Positions 12,692-25,608 are shown, numbered from the whole stretch's first letter. The stretch: DNA of 63,586 nucleotides, filler included, from Lama guanicoe (GCA_013239625.1; 134 parts of 134 records of this genome joined end to end with filler, not necessarily neighbours in it); one strand, 5' to 3'. Made by a program: numbers and translations. Notes: generated by a model from the sequence alone, not told the origin.

Positions 12692-12979
12692 NNNNNNNNN
12701 NNNNNNNNNNNNNNNNNNNNNNNNNNNNNNNNNNNTTAATTAATTAANNNNNNNNNNNNNNNNNNNNNNNNNNNNNNNNNNNNNNNNNNNNTTTTTTTTT
12801 AATCATTTGGGAAGGCATTTCTGGGATGGGCTCGTGTTCATCAATAAACTATATCTTGCTTCAAAACACGCAGACACAGAGGGAGGCTTCTGGCATCTCA
12901 GCAGGCTCTTAGACTGAGCCATAGCAGCTGATCAGAAACGGAAAAGTAGGGGAGAAAATAATCATTGCTGTGTGTTCAT

Positions 12980-13160
12980 GGTGTGCATGACCTGGGGTGA
13001 GTGACCCAGCCCCACCTCTCTCTCTCTGCGTTGACTCAGCTGCATAATGGGGGTGAAAACAATGCCCACTTCATTAGGTTTTTCTTATGACTATATGAGA
13101 TGACGCTTGGCAAGTGTTTAACACCCAGCGGGGCATCTTGCAAGTGACTGATAAACGTGT
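12980..13160 (+). mobile_element. MIR SINE
   Basis: tgacctggggtgagtgac...ctcagctgcataatggggg...tgagatgacgcttggcaagtg, a degenerate MIR core. Confidence 0.65.
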
Positions 13161-15636
13161 TGCCANNNNNNNNNNNNNNNNNNNNNNNNNNNNNNNNNNN
13201 NNNNNNNNNTTAATTAATTAANNNNNNNNNNNNNNNNNNNNNNNNNNNNNNNNNNNNNNNNNNNNGCCCCTCCTTCTTTCTCACACAGGAAAAGAGAATC
13301 TAAAAGTCTGTCCCGTTGGCACACCCCAGCCTGGAATATTGGGATAGTCACAGCTTAAATTGACACTGTCTTCTGCCCAGATGGATTTCAATGTTTCATA
13401 GTTTACCTCTTTTAGAGAAGAGAGAGACAGATCATCCATTTCATCCAATTAATTTCTTATGATAAGTGGGACAGCATGCTCCTAAGCTGTATAATTTACT
13501 CTTTATTCTTTCCCTGAACTTGTTGAAGTGGAAGAAATACCACCCTTTCCAAAGAATGAATAAAAGTAAGATTGCAGCACATAGCCTGGTGTCTCTCTTA
13601 CCCCAAACAAAGGTGAGAAACCTTTCAGAGCCCAGAGGGNNNNNNNNNNNNNNNNNNNNNNNNNNNNNNNNNNNNNNNNNNNNTTAATTAATTAANNNNN
13701 NNNNNNNNNNNNNNNNNNNNNNNNNNNNNNNNNNNNNNNATAACAATTGGTAAATTTGACTCAATGAATATTGGAGTGCCTTCTATTATGCTTGCAATGT
13801 TTCTCTAAGTTTGAAAATACATCAAAAATTTTAATTACATGCCCCCCAAAAGGGCAAGAATATCATGTAGAAGCTGTCTCTGTCAACCTCAATGAAGACC
13901 ATTTGCTGCTTTATTTTACAAGAAAACTGTAATAATTTTAATAAAACAATTTCAAGAATATCATTTTGTTATTCAATCAATACAGTGTCCTCTAAAATAA
14001 TTATTCTGGTTTAAAAAAGGTCATCCATAAATCCCTTAAGAACATATTCATATTCAGAAAATCTAATGAACAATTAACAGAACTTTCCATTTTTAACACA
14101 GAAGTTCACTCTGNNNNNNNNNNNNNNNNNNNNNNNNNNNNNNNNNNNNNNNNNNNNTTAATTAATTAANNNNNNNNNNNNNNNNNNNNNNNNNNNNNNN
14201 NNNNNNNNNNNNNCCAGTTCTTTTGCTTCAAGACATCTGATTCTTTTCCAGTATTTAATTCTAATTTTAGGATGACATCAGAAGTAGTGTGCAACTCATT
14301 TAGATTTATCATTGCCAAATCTTTACTGAGTATTTACTATATGTCAAGCACTGAGCAGAGAGCAGCCTGAGAAATGATTGAAGAGCTTCCTGGTCTGGGA
14401 GACACTCTGAATCCACAGAAAGAGAGAAGACATGGTGGGAGATGCCTGCCCTCTGAGGAGAAAAGAACAGGGATCGTGCTAGGGAAGTTCAGGGAGTGAT
14501 CGTAGATTTAGAAACTGCCTGGGGATGACAGGATTGGGCTCCACTATCAGAGACAAACAAGACATGGTTGTGGAAGAAGCTGGCAGCNNNNNNNNNNNNN
14601 NNNNNNNNNNNNNNNNNNNNNNNNNNNNNNNTTAATTAATTAANNNNNNNNNNNNNNNNNNNNNNNNNNNNNNNNNNNNNNNNNNNNAATAGTTAGGTAG
14701 CCTACTACCCAAAACACATAGAATGCATTTTACTATAAGAAAATAGAAAAGATTGTAGCAAAGCAAATAGTAAATTTCAATGAAGTAAGCTTTGTCTTTA
14801 CTATGAATACAATGTGATCTATATTTTGCTTTTTGTAAGTAAATGCAATATTTGCAAAGTGTTAAAAGATGGTCTTTTGGAAAAAAAAATGTATCCTCAC
14901 AGTCTTATTTAAAATGAGAGAGTGCAAAACGAGGAAATGGCGTTCAGTGAGAGAAGCAAGGAATCCGGAGATCCTTCCCCTCCTTCCCAGCCACAGCAGA
15001 TCAAGTAACCACGTCTCAGGTATCTTTCTTAACGTGTGAAAACGTGATTAATTACCTTATGTNNNNNNNNNNNNNNNNNNNNNNNNNNNNNNNNNNNNNN
15101 NNNNNNTTAATTAATTAANNNNNNNNNNNNNNNNNNNNNNNNNNNNNNNNNNNNNNNNNNNNTGCCTGCGGATACCAAGGGAGGCCTGTATATTCCTTTG
15201 GGTTTTTATAAAGAAAAAAACATTAGTGTTGGGGAACTTGCAATTCAGTTTTCGCAAGAAAAGTGAAACAACAGAATTAACTGTCAGAATATCTAGAATG
15301 CTCTATATAATAAGTGGCAGAATCTTAACGATAGTAAGGAGTTCGGGGGAGGGAGAAGTCAGCCCAAACCTATTCCAGATCATCACCATCCCAGGGCCTT
15401 TAGAAGCAGTTTAAGGACCAATAATGTAGAGACTCTGGGTGAAAGTAGTAACTGAGTTCATTAATAAACGCCACTGAAGACTGTCCCATTCACACTCAGC
15501 CTCTTAAGCATGGATTGCAGTAACTTTCATCGTCAANNNNNNNNNNNNNNNNNNNNNNNNNNNNNNNNNNNNNNNNNNNNTTAATTAATTAANNNNNNNN
15601 NNNNNNNNNNNNNNNNNNNNNNNNNNNNNNNNNNNN

Positions 15637-16010
15637 AGTTGCAGAACCCACTGGTTTATTATACTGGGGCTTGCACCGCTGTGTATTCTACACTGGTTTA
15701 TTCCAGTGGGACATGCACCGCGGTGTATTCCCCACTGATTTATTCCACTGGGGCATTCATCGCGCTGTATTCCACTGGTTTATTCCATGGGGGCATTCAC
15801 TGCAGCGTATTCCTCACTGGTTTATTCAACTGGGGCATGCACCGCAGAGTATTTCCCACTGGTTTATTTTATTGGAGCATGCACCACGACGTATTGCCCA
15901 CTGGTTTATTCCACTGAGACATGCACCGAGGTGTTGAACCCACTGGTTTATTCCACTCGGTCATGCACCGCTGTGTATTCCCCACTGGTTTATTCCACTA
16001 GGGCGTACAC
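15637..16010. repeat. 42-bp minisatellite, ~9 diverged copies
   Basis: Unit close to cactggtttattccactggggcatgcaccgctgtgtattccc. It fills the whole contig. Confidence 0.95.
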
Positions 16011-16584
16011 NNNNNNNNNNNNNNNNNNNNNNNNNNNNNNNNNNNNNNNNNNNNTTAATTAATTAANNNNNNNNNNNNNNNNNNNNNNNNNNNNNNNNNN
16101 NNNNNNNNNNATCAATTGCTCATATTCAAACCAACTAGTTAATGAGACCACGAAAAAGCCTCTTTCAAGTAACATACCTTACTCCACCATTTTTTTTCCT
16201 TCTCCATCAAATCCATCAGTATTTCCTTTCCTTTGCATGGTTGTAAGAAAGTAAACTGGTTGCAGTCTCTCATACCGTGTCACTGTATTCACCAATTTAG
16301 TTTGTATTAGCTTAAATATTGACTTTGTGTTACTGTCTTCAGAATGGGCATTATAAAGAATCACAGGGGTTTAACTTGGATCCAAATTATTTCTCTTACC
16401 CATAGCATAAAATGTGTAACATGCATGAGTCATAAATGTATCTGTGTCTTTAAGTGCTTCCTCACGATGCAGTAAATAGATAATNNNNNNNNNNNNNNNN
16501 NNNNNNNNNNNNNNNNNNNNNNNNNNNNTTAATTAATTAANNNNNNNNNNNNNNNNNNNNNNNNNNNNNNNNNNNNNNNNNNNN

Positions 16585-16959
16585 TGTCCCCGACTCCAGT
16601 TGCTCCCAAGGACCCCGCCCTGATCTGGGGCTCCCCAGCTGTCCAGGGCAGCCCTGGAGATGGAAGCTTCCAGAGAAAATGTGAAGGCCTCACTGTTCCT
16701 GGAGATGATTGAGTTGGTGCCTGGGTGCTTCATGGGCCCACTGGCCCAAAGGGAGACCCTGGCAGCTTGGGCCAGTGGGGATGAGGGACCTGCCAGGTCT
16801 GCAGGGCCCCCAAAGGAGCCCTGGCCAGGCCGGAGCTGTGGGTGCCCCTAGAGAGAGGGGACCTCCAGGCCCTCCAGGGCCACTTAGGCCCCTGGACCCC
16901 CAACCCCTGTTAGACCACAATCCGCCTGGATCTCCCAGCAAGAGGACCCATTTCTGTCC
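16585..16959 (+). pseudogene. EMID1: EMID1 (EMI domain-containing 1) processed pseudogene fragment, collagen-like region
   Basis: Frame-corrected translation PTPVAPKDPALIWGSPAVQGSPGDGSFQ..D*VGAWVLHGPTGPKGDPGSL..GPVGMRDLPGLQGPQRSPGQAGAVGAPRERGPPGPPGP..ISQQEDPFLS matches recalled EMID1 (PTPATPEDPAPLWGPPPAQGSPGDGGLQ..GPTGPKGDAGSRGPMGMRGPPGPQGPPGSPGRAGAVGTPGERGPP..ISQHGDPLLS). TGA stop at 16710-16712, frameshifts, no introns. Confidence 0.85.
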
Positions 16960-19909
16960 NNNNNNNNNNNNNNNNNNNNNNNNNNNNNNNNNNNNNNNNN
17001 NNNTTAATTAATTAANNNNNNNNNNNNNNNNNNNNNNNNNNNNNNNNNNNNNNNNNNNNTGTGTGTGTGTGTGTGTGTAATATATGCACATAATACTTAC
17101 ACTTTTCTTCTATCAACCTAATGTCTATTTCTTCTCCTTAATTCTGTCTCCTTAATTTTGTCATCACTAAAATGTGGAAATTCCTAAAGATCTGGGCATA
17201 AATGCTCCTCCTCTCCTGGCTTCACACAGGTGTCTTCGTCAGTGCATCCATCTTTGTAGAATCAACAATTGCTTTTGTCTAGATGACGTAAGGTCAGCAT
17301 CTGCAGCTTTGCTCTCTCTTACGAGCTTCAGTTTTTTATGTCCAGCTGCCCTCTGGACATTTCAGGATGACTCTAGGTGGGTTACAGTATGGTTTAGAAA
17401 ATCAAGAAATGCATTACCCTGTTCTGAGAGTGTGNNNNNNNNNNNNNNNNNNNNNNNNNNNNNNNNNNNNNNNNNNNNTTAATTAATTAANNNNNNNNNN
17501 NNNNNNNNNNNNNNNNNNNNNNNNNNNNNNNNNNGTAGTTCCCGGGTCACAGCTGTGTCAGCTGAGAGTCCTCGGGTTACAACTGACAGAAACGGAGTCT
17601 GGCAAAGGAAGCGCAGAAGACGGTCCATTGGAAGGTGCCTGGGGCAGATCAGAGACCGGGAGGAAGCAGAAGACCTTCCCCTTCTGGGAGCAAAGTATGC
17701 AGGCAGGTCTGTCACCAGGAGTTTCTGTTGTGCCCCCTGAGGCCCTGCCAGCACTTGGCTTAGGTCCATCCTTGGCAATTCCCAGGAGGCAGAATGGCCT
17801 GGTTGGGCGACTGTATCCTTGGACCAAATTGTCAGGCCAAGCAGTGAGGGAGAAAATGAATAATAGGGACGCAGACCTTGGGGGAAAGTTTCAGTTGAAG
17901 AGGCACCAGNNNNNNNNNNNNNNNNNNNNNNNNNNNNNNNNNNNNNNNNNNNNTTAATTAATTAANNNNNNNNNNNNNNNNNNNNNNNNNNNNNNNNNNN
18001 NNNNNNNNNGTTAGAGCAACTGCAAAGTAGTATGTTCCCAAGTTTGTTCACAAATTTTTAGTAAATGTATCAATTTTAAAACTGATAAAATGAACCAATT
18101 AGCAAAGAATTATCTCTGCTAAGAAGAGCTGCTATTAAATCCCTGCTATGAGAAAACAGAAACATTGTGATATTATTTTCTAGATGATATTTCTACTAAC
18201 TTCTGAAAGTATTAATAAAGGATTAACCTATAATATGTGCGAGATTTGAGTAATTTGAGAAAATACTGCAGTTCAACATAAAAATAATATGAAAAATTTT
18301 ATCAGTTTGTACTGAGCAAAGTATTGTTCCTGTCTCTTTTTACAAAACAGTGTCCATTATTCTAGGTACTGGTTTGAAAAAAAANNNNNNNNNNNNNNNN
18401 NNNNNNNNNNNNNNNNNNNNNNNNNNNNTTAATTAATTAANNNNNNNNNNNNNNNNNNNNNNNNNNNNNNNNNNNNNNNNNNNNACACACACACACACAA
18501 CTTTCAATTGTATATGGCTTTGCCAAATTCCTACTCAACCTCAAAACCAGTTTGGTTTCCAGGGTGAGTAGGAATTTGGTATGGCATTACCTCTTCTATG
18601 AGGCTTCTTCTAATATCCTTCACTGTCTTCAAGATCATCCCTCTGAACTTTGTACATATTTTTGTGAGGTGATTCACTTGGTTGCAACTCTTGTTATATT
18701 TGAGATTCTTGTACATTTTTATTTTTGCAACCCTAGTGATTAGCACAATAATAACCCATAGTATAATGATACAGTAACACATAAGAAAGCTTTGCATTGT
18801 GCACTACATAAAAATGTTAACTGATTTCTAGAATTCCTTGGGTAGTCACTTGGCACACANNNNNNNNNNNNNNNNNNNNNNNNNNNNNNNNNNNNNNNNN
18901 NNNTTAATTAATTAANNNNNNNNNNNNNNNNNNNNNNNNNNNNNNNNNNNNNNNNNNNNTTTTTTTTAAGTCCATAATGGAATAAACATGCATTGTTACA
19001 TATCAACTATAAAACCATGAGTCATCACTGCAGGTGGCTGATTCTGGGCTGCAGTACTATGCGAAATGGGGCCACTCTAACCCTGACGGAAGTACAACAG
19101 AAAATTTTTCTGATGGCGATCAGAGCCAGGCTAACTCAAAATCCCATCAATCCGGTTAAAGAATATAGCCTCTCTGCTCCTTTCTGTCCCCTTCCACTTC
19201 ATTGGTTTATACCCACAATTCCGACCTTTATCCACCCTGCCTCACATATTTTTTTTATAGCTCTCTTATTCAGATAGCTAATAGTGAGAGCTGATATTTA
19301 CTGAGTGTAATTATGTGCCAGACACTGTGGTAAANNNNNNNNNNNNNNNNNNNNNNNNNNNNNNNNNNNNNNNNNNNNTTAATTAATTAANNNNNNNNNN
19401 NNNNNNNNNNNNNNNNNNNNNNNNNNNNNNNNNNTTTATAACTGTACTTAAAAATCCTAATTGGTTATCTTTTGAGGATGACAGAAATTAATTTTTAGAT
19501 ACAGCAGGTACACGGGATGTAAAAATCAAACATTTTTATGTGGCTTTTTTCCATCTGCTGGATACTCAAATTATAATTGAGGAAGAATATCACTCTATAC
19601 AAAGCATTATAGTGAATCATTACAAAATAACAGAATGAAACTAGAGCCATCTTGAAAACTCCCTGAGGTAGTGGATCTAGGCATTGAGCCCCTATGTATT
19701 GTAACATCAAGAGAGACTGAGAGCCTAGACATATGCCTCCTCCTAAGGCAGGAACACACGCGAGTCTGTACCATTGCCAAAGGGACTGTGCCTGCTTCTG
19801 ATCGTGCCTNNNNNNNNNNNNNNNNNNNNNNNNNNNNNNNNNNNNNNNNNNNNTTAATTAATTAANNNNNNNNNNNNNNNNNNNNNNNNNNNNNNNNNNN
19901 NNNNNNNNN

Positions 19910-20008
19910 GGCATATATCTGGAGGGAACTCTAATTCAAAAAGATACATGCACCCCAACGTTCAGAGCAGCACTGTATACAGTAGCCAAGACATGGAAGC
20001 ATCCTCAA
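19910..20008 (+). mobile_element. LINE-1 fragment, followed by an L2 3' end at ~20060-20200
   Basis: Near-identical to 8600-8690. The downstream ctgtgagctccttgagg...aataaatatttgtt is an L2 tail. Confidence 0.8.
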
Positions 20009-20383
20009 ACATTCTTGCACTGACTTTATATAACAACCATCACACTGTTGTTGACTCGGGATAAGCCTGTCTCCTTAGACACCTGTGAGCTCCTTGAGGT
20101 TTGTAGGTTCTTGTCTGCATCCCTAGAATCTTGCTTAGTCTCTTGCATATGATAGATAGTTAATAGATATTTAATAAATATTTGTTAACTAAATGCATGT
20201 AAGTAAAGGCAAAAGGGCCAAAGAAAAGGGGGATCAGTTGAAAACACAAGAAATATGGGTTAATAAAATGAGTAGCTGAGGTGNNNNNNNNNNNNNNNNN
20301 NNNNNNNNNNNNNNNNNNNNNNNNNNNTTAATTAATTAANNNNNNNNNNNNNNNNNNNNNNNNNNNNNNNNNNNNNNNNNNNN

Positions 20384-20715
20384 GCGAGGCGGGCGCACGA
20401 GCGCAGGGCCGCGCCCGCCGCCCTCAGCAGGCGTTGGCGCTGGCGGGCCGGGGAGCCGGGGTCCGCGCCGCCCGCGGGGCGCCCGCGCAGGCTCCGCAGC
20501 AGCGGCACCAGGTACCCGGCCGCGACCTCGCGCGCCGCCTCCGGGAGCGCGCCCGCGCCGCCGGCCCCGCTCGCCTCCTGGTCCTCGAGTCGCTGCAGAA
20601 GAAAGCGCAGCGTCTCCACGCGCTCCGCGGACGCCTCCCCGCGGCACAGCGCCCCAAGCAGGGCCCGGGGGTCCCGGCTCTGCGCGAGCAGCGCATCCGC
20701 GAGCACCCACTCCAT
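20384..20715 (-). CDS. TARBP1: TARBP1 exon 1, partial (tRNA Gm18 2'-O-methyltransferase / TAR RNA-binding protein 1)
   Basis: [45 protein letters not shown]...[24 protein letters not shown] matches the TARBP1 N-terminus. ATG at 20715, frame open, CpG island intact, cut off by the contig end. Confidence 0.95.
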
Positions 20716-21808
20716 TTGCCCCGCGCGCCGCCGAGGCCGGGCGCCCAAAGGAAGGAGCNNNNNNNNNNNNNNNNNNNNNNNNNNNNNNNNNNNNNNNNNN
20801 NNTTAATTAATTAANNNNNNNNNNNNNNNNNNNNNNNNNNNNNNNNNNNNNNNNNNNNTTTTTTTTTTTTAACACCTAAACAGTGTGTTGTCCTTATCTG
20901 CATGAAGCAGGGAATTCAGAATCCATTCGAACGCAAACCAATGTCGATGTTGAAACTCAAATCTGGGTTGGGTGGCCCAAGCAGTATGAAAGTAAAAACA
21001 CATCTTTTCAACACATGAGTGAAGACTTGGAACGAATGAAAATGAATTTCAGAAATACACGGTGCCTTGGAGTCCCACAACTTTCTGAAGTAAATTAAAA
21101 CATATGAGTTCATCAGAAGATGCCACAGCCACCACATTATAACCCCAAAATAGATCCTAAAACGATCTGGCATGAAGCAATTTATGAAATAATGAGCAGA
21201 CTTCAGATCTGATAACCCCATTAAAAAAAAAAANNNNNNNNNNNNNNNNNNNNNNNNNNNNNNNNNNNNNNNNNNNNTTAATTAATTAANNNNNNNNNNN
21301 NNNNNNNNNNNNNNNNNNNNNNNNNNNNNNNNNTCATAATAAGCAATCTTAAAACATCCTTTTTATTAATAAACAGTGAAAAATGAATAAGAATGTCCAA
21401 AATAGTAGCCTCAATATTATGAATTATATAGAATTATTCCTAATTGGAAAATGTACATTTTCTTAAATCACATGTATATTATTTGCAAAAATATAAAATG
21501 TTCTTTCATGAAAATACAGTAACTAATCATTACAAAAATCAATACTAACAGAAAACTGGCTAAAAGGTCCATATACTTTGAAAATTAAAATATGCTTCTA
21601 AGTAACTCAGAAAATACTAATAAAATGATATTTAGAGGGAAAATTAATGTATCCAATGTCTATATTACAAGCAAGGAAAGCAGATAATTTAAGAAGTTTT
21701 AAAACACANNNNNNNNNNNNNNNNNNNNNNNNNNNNNNNNNNNNNNNNNNNNTTAATTAATTAANNNNNNNNNNNNNNNNNNNNNNNNNNNNNNNNNNNN
21801 NNNNNNNN

Positions 21809-22180
21809 TGCAAAATCTGGAGTTGAAAGAGGCTCTGGATAGAAGTTCAGGGCATAGGGGTCCTGAGGCCAGACGGGTGCTGGAGCTGGGACTGAGACTG
21901 GGGCTGGGACTCGGGCTGGGGCTGGAACGGGGGCTGAAGCAGCCGGGACTTCCGCCTGGGCGCCCCGTGCCGGGGCCCACCTGGCCGGGCCCTGGCCCAA
22001 GGCGCCGGGCCCCGGTGCCGGGAGCATCCCCGCGGGGCTGGGCGGAGCGGGGCTGCGGAAACCCGGCTCCTCTGGGAATGTGGGGCCGGGGGCGCCGGGG
22101 GCGTCGCAGGCTCTCTGGTCTCCGCCCTTGGACAGTCGCTCCAGCCTGGAGCGTTTGGCCCGGCGGTTTTTGAACCACAC
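21809..22180 (-). CDS. TPRX: TPRX-family (tetrapeptide repeat homeobox) PRD-class K50 homeobox gene, last coding exon, partial
   Basis: cag|VWFKNRRAK gives helix 3 with K50 at the PRD-class intron position. It is followed by a Pro/Ala/Gly-rich tract and PAPAPVWPQDPYALNFYPEPLSTPDF, resembling TPRX PAPAPLWPQSPDASDFLPDTQLFPHF. Paralogue not resolved. Confidence 0.8.
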
Positions 22181-22781
22181 CTGNNNNNNNNNNNNNNNNN
22201 NNNNNNNNNNNNNNNNNNNNNNNNNNNTTAATTAATTAANNNNNNNNNNNNNNNNNNNNNNNNNNNNNNNNNNNNNNNNNNNNATACTGCCCAAGAAATA
22301 AAATGATCCCTAACTATGATTTCTGTGTATAAACTCCTTGTAGCTATTATTGAGCTCACAATAGGTTCTCCAAACTTCTATTAAAATATCAATAGTATTT
22401 TTTCAGAGCTTAAATCGAGCGGTGATTTTATTTCAGGCTGATCCTATAAACCACTCTTCTTTGAAGATTCTCTTGTTGTTGCTAAAAATGAAAGCCATTC
22501 AAACGAGCAGTGATTGAAACAGTGAGAAAGAAGGGGGAAAAATCAATATCACATTTTCCAGGGCAGTATCTCTGCTTCTGAAAAGACACCATTAATAACG
22601 TGCTTACAGGAGAGGCAGCCAGTTGCTCAAAGTGCATTCAGGGGTGAGCTGAATGGATNNNNNNNNNNNNNNNNNNNNNNNNNNNNNNNNNNNNNNNNNN
22701 NNTTAATTAATTAANNNNNNNNNNNNNNNNNNNNNNNNNNNNNNNNNNNNNNNNNNNNAAAATTAGTGTGTTAACCACTGA

Positions 22782-22952
<171 letters not shown>

Positions 22953-23405
22953 TAGTAGAACTTTTACAATATGAACTTTTACTTGATTTTTAGATTTTAT
23001 ATTTCATTTAGTGTATGAAGAAAGCCCAAAGTCTGTAAGTCTTTTTTTAATTCTTTTTATTGAAGTATAGTCGGTTTACAATGCTGTGTTGATTACTGGT
23101 GTACAGCATAATGGTTCAGTCATACATATACATNNNNNNNNNNNNNNNNNNNNNNNNNNNNNNNNNNNNNNNNNNNNTTAATTAATTAANNNNNNNNNNN
23201 NNNNNNNNNNNNNNNNNNNNNNNNNNNNNNNNNACCCGCCGGCCCCACTGCCTTCGCGTTCCTACCTCCTCACCCTCCCTGGCACTGTGACCCCCGCCTG
23301 GAAGGCTTTTCTCTCCTGTCTGTCCCTGACTTTCATGTCCTCCGAGACCCAGACTAAGCCACCCCACTGCCTTCAATAAACCAGACGTTTCTGCTTCTCT
23401 CGTCT

Positions 23406-23608
23406 CCGGGCTTCTCAGCCTCAGCACTAGCGGCGTTTGGGGCTGGATGACCCTCTGCTGTGAGGGGCCGTCCCGCGCGGTGTCGGATGTGTAGCAGCGT
23501 CCCTGGTTTCTCCCCAGCGGGTGCCAGTAGTGTCCTCTCCAGTTGTGACGACAAAAATGTCTCCAGATGTTGCCCAATGTCCCCTGTTTCGGGGGAGGAG
23601 GGGCAAAA
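23406..23608 (-). mobile_element. MER20 hAT DNA transposon
   Basis: The reverse complement contains ggggacattgggcaacatctggagacatttttgtcgtcacaactgg...actactggcac...ccagggacgctgcta...agtgctgaggctgagaag. Confidence 0.85.
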
Positions 23609-25133
23609 NNNNNNNNNNNNNNNNNNNNNNNNNNNNNNNNNNNNNNNNNNNNTTAATTAATTAANNNNNNNNNNNNNNNNNNNNNNNNNNNNNNNNNNNN
23701 NNNNNNNNTGTTTGTTTGATTCTTTGTTTGTCTGCTTCTCGTTTGTTTTGCAAACACTTCAGTCCATGCATCTCTCTGTTCGCTTCAAACCGAGAGACAT
23801 ATAAGCTGATTCACTTAAGATAGTGTTTCCAATCACCTGTGATATTCCTGCTTCCGTCTCCCATCAAATGGGTTTTGATGTCTTCCTTGCATTCTTCTTG
23901 TTTCTTCTTTACAACTCAGGATCTTCTTGCATTTCCAAAAATGGTTTTCTTCTTTCCATTTCACCTTGCTGCTTTTCTATTCAGTGTAGTATTCTCAACC
24001 TTTCTTATAGGATACGTTTTGAACTTATGAATTATTTTAAGATTTGCCGGTCTGTGGAATTCTCTAGCTCTGCCATTATTAGANNNNNNNNNNNNNNNNN
24101 NNNNNNNNNNNNNNNNNNNNNNNNNNNTTAATTAATTAANNNNNNNNNNNNNNNNNNNNNNNNNNNNNNNNNNNNNNNNNNNNTCCTTCCCCATTATTGC
24201 CACACACCTCACTGAGGCAGTCGCATTAGACTGAGATAGAAAATCATCAAGAGAGCTCCAGGGCCGTCCAAATACTGTCCCCGCCAGTGTTGACAGTGTT
24301 GATATATGCAAGGAACAATAGTCAGTCTTGAAAATAAAATGGCATGTTATTTTCAAAATCAAATTATCTCATTATCCCAAGATCTAGCTCTGGTAAAAAT
24401 GAGTTTTAAAGATTTTCACGATAAACCTAGGCAGAGCTTTCTACCTCTTCCTAAACCCTAACTGCCAAACTGAATCTTGGATTCTGTTGACCTCTTGTTT
24501 GTTTGTGCGGGATAAGAACTTGAAGCCCAGACCCACAGCTGAGACCTGAGGGCAGGGTNNNNNNNNNNNNNNNNNNNNNNNNNNNNNNNNNNNNNNNNNN
24601 NNTTAATTAATTAANNNNNNNNNNNNNNNNNNNNNNNNNNNNNNNNNNNNNNNNNNNNTTTTTTCCAGGGAATTAAAGGATTAGTGGATACATACCTTGT
24701 CTCAATTTCAGAAGTAGGTAAAAAACCAGGTTAAAGATACAGTTGCAATTGCAGCAGGAGAAACCAAGATGGAACCCGAGACAGTTTAGAAACATCAAGT
24801 CTATTTAAAGATATGAATTCTGTCGTATTGCTCGGGTAACAGATGACATAAATAAAATAATGGCCAGCAGTTCATGAATCGCAGAACAGTTGAATACCAT
24901 GTGAATGTGCACATGTCCTAGTCAGTGAGTAGCAAATTAGTATGTGCTGGCTGTCACCTATGTCTTTTTTGATTCACTGATGCAATACACTTCCTGAAGG
25001 CTGTTCATCTTAGACAGAAAGAGATGTAATGATNNNNNNNNNNNNNNNNNNNNNNNNNNNNNNNNNNNNNNNNNNNNTTAATTAATTAANNNNNNNNNNN
25101 NNNNNNNNNNNNNNNNNNNNNNNNNNNNNNNNN

Positions 25134-25508
25134 GTATCCACCTGGGATCATTTTCCTTCTGTCTGAAGATCTCTCTAATTATTTTCTTTCATGCAGGTCT
25201 GCTGTTCACTAATCCTCTTAATTTTGATTTATCTGAAAATGTGCTCATTGGCATTTCCTTTTTTGAGGACATTTTTGCTATATATAGAATTCTGGATCAG
25301 CAGTACACTTGTTTTGCACTTTGAAGTTATCTATCCATTTTCTTAAACCATCTATCTTTGTCTGTTGAAAAGTCAGTGTTTCTCTGGATGATTTTAAGAT
25401 TCTCTGTCTTAAATTTTTAAGTTTTACTGTGATATGCTTGTGTGGTTTTCTCTGTTTTCACCCTGCTTGGGGTTCTGGGACATTGAGAATCTTTCCACTG
25501 AGGTTATT
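25134..25508 (-). mobile_element. Old L1M fragment (ORF1 region)
   Basis: gcaggtctgctg...tttatctgaaaatgt...tttttgctatatatagaattctgg. Confidence 0.7.
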
Positions 25509-25608
25509 NNNNNNNNNNNNNNNNNNNNNNNNNNNNNNNNNNNNNNNNNNNNTTAATTAATTAANNNNNNNNNNNNNNNNNNNNNNNNNNNNNNNNNNNN
25601 NNNNNNNN

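Noticed and set aside
15637..16010. CRISPR array or repeat protein
   Set aside because: The variable parts are homologous to each other rather than unique spacers, the context is mammalian with no cas genes, and an indel breaks the frame.
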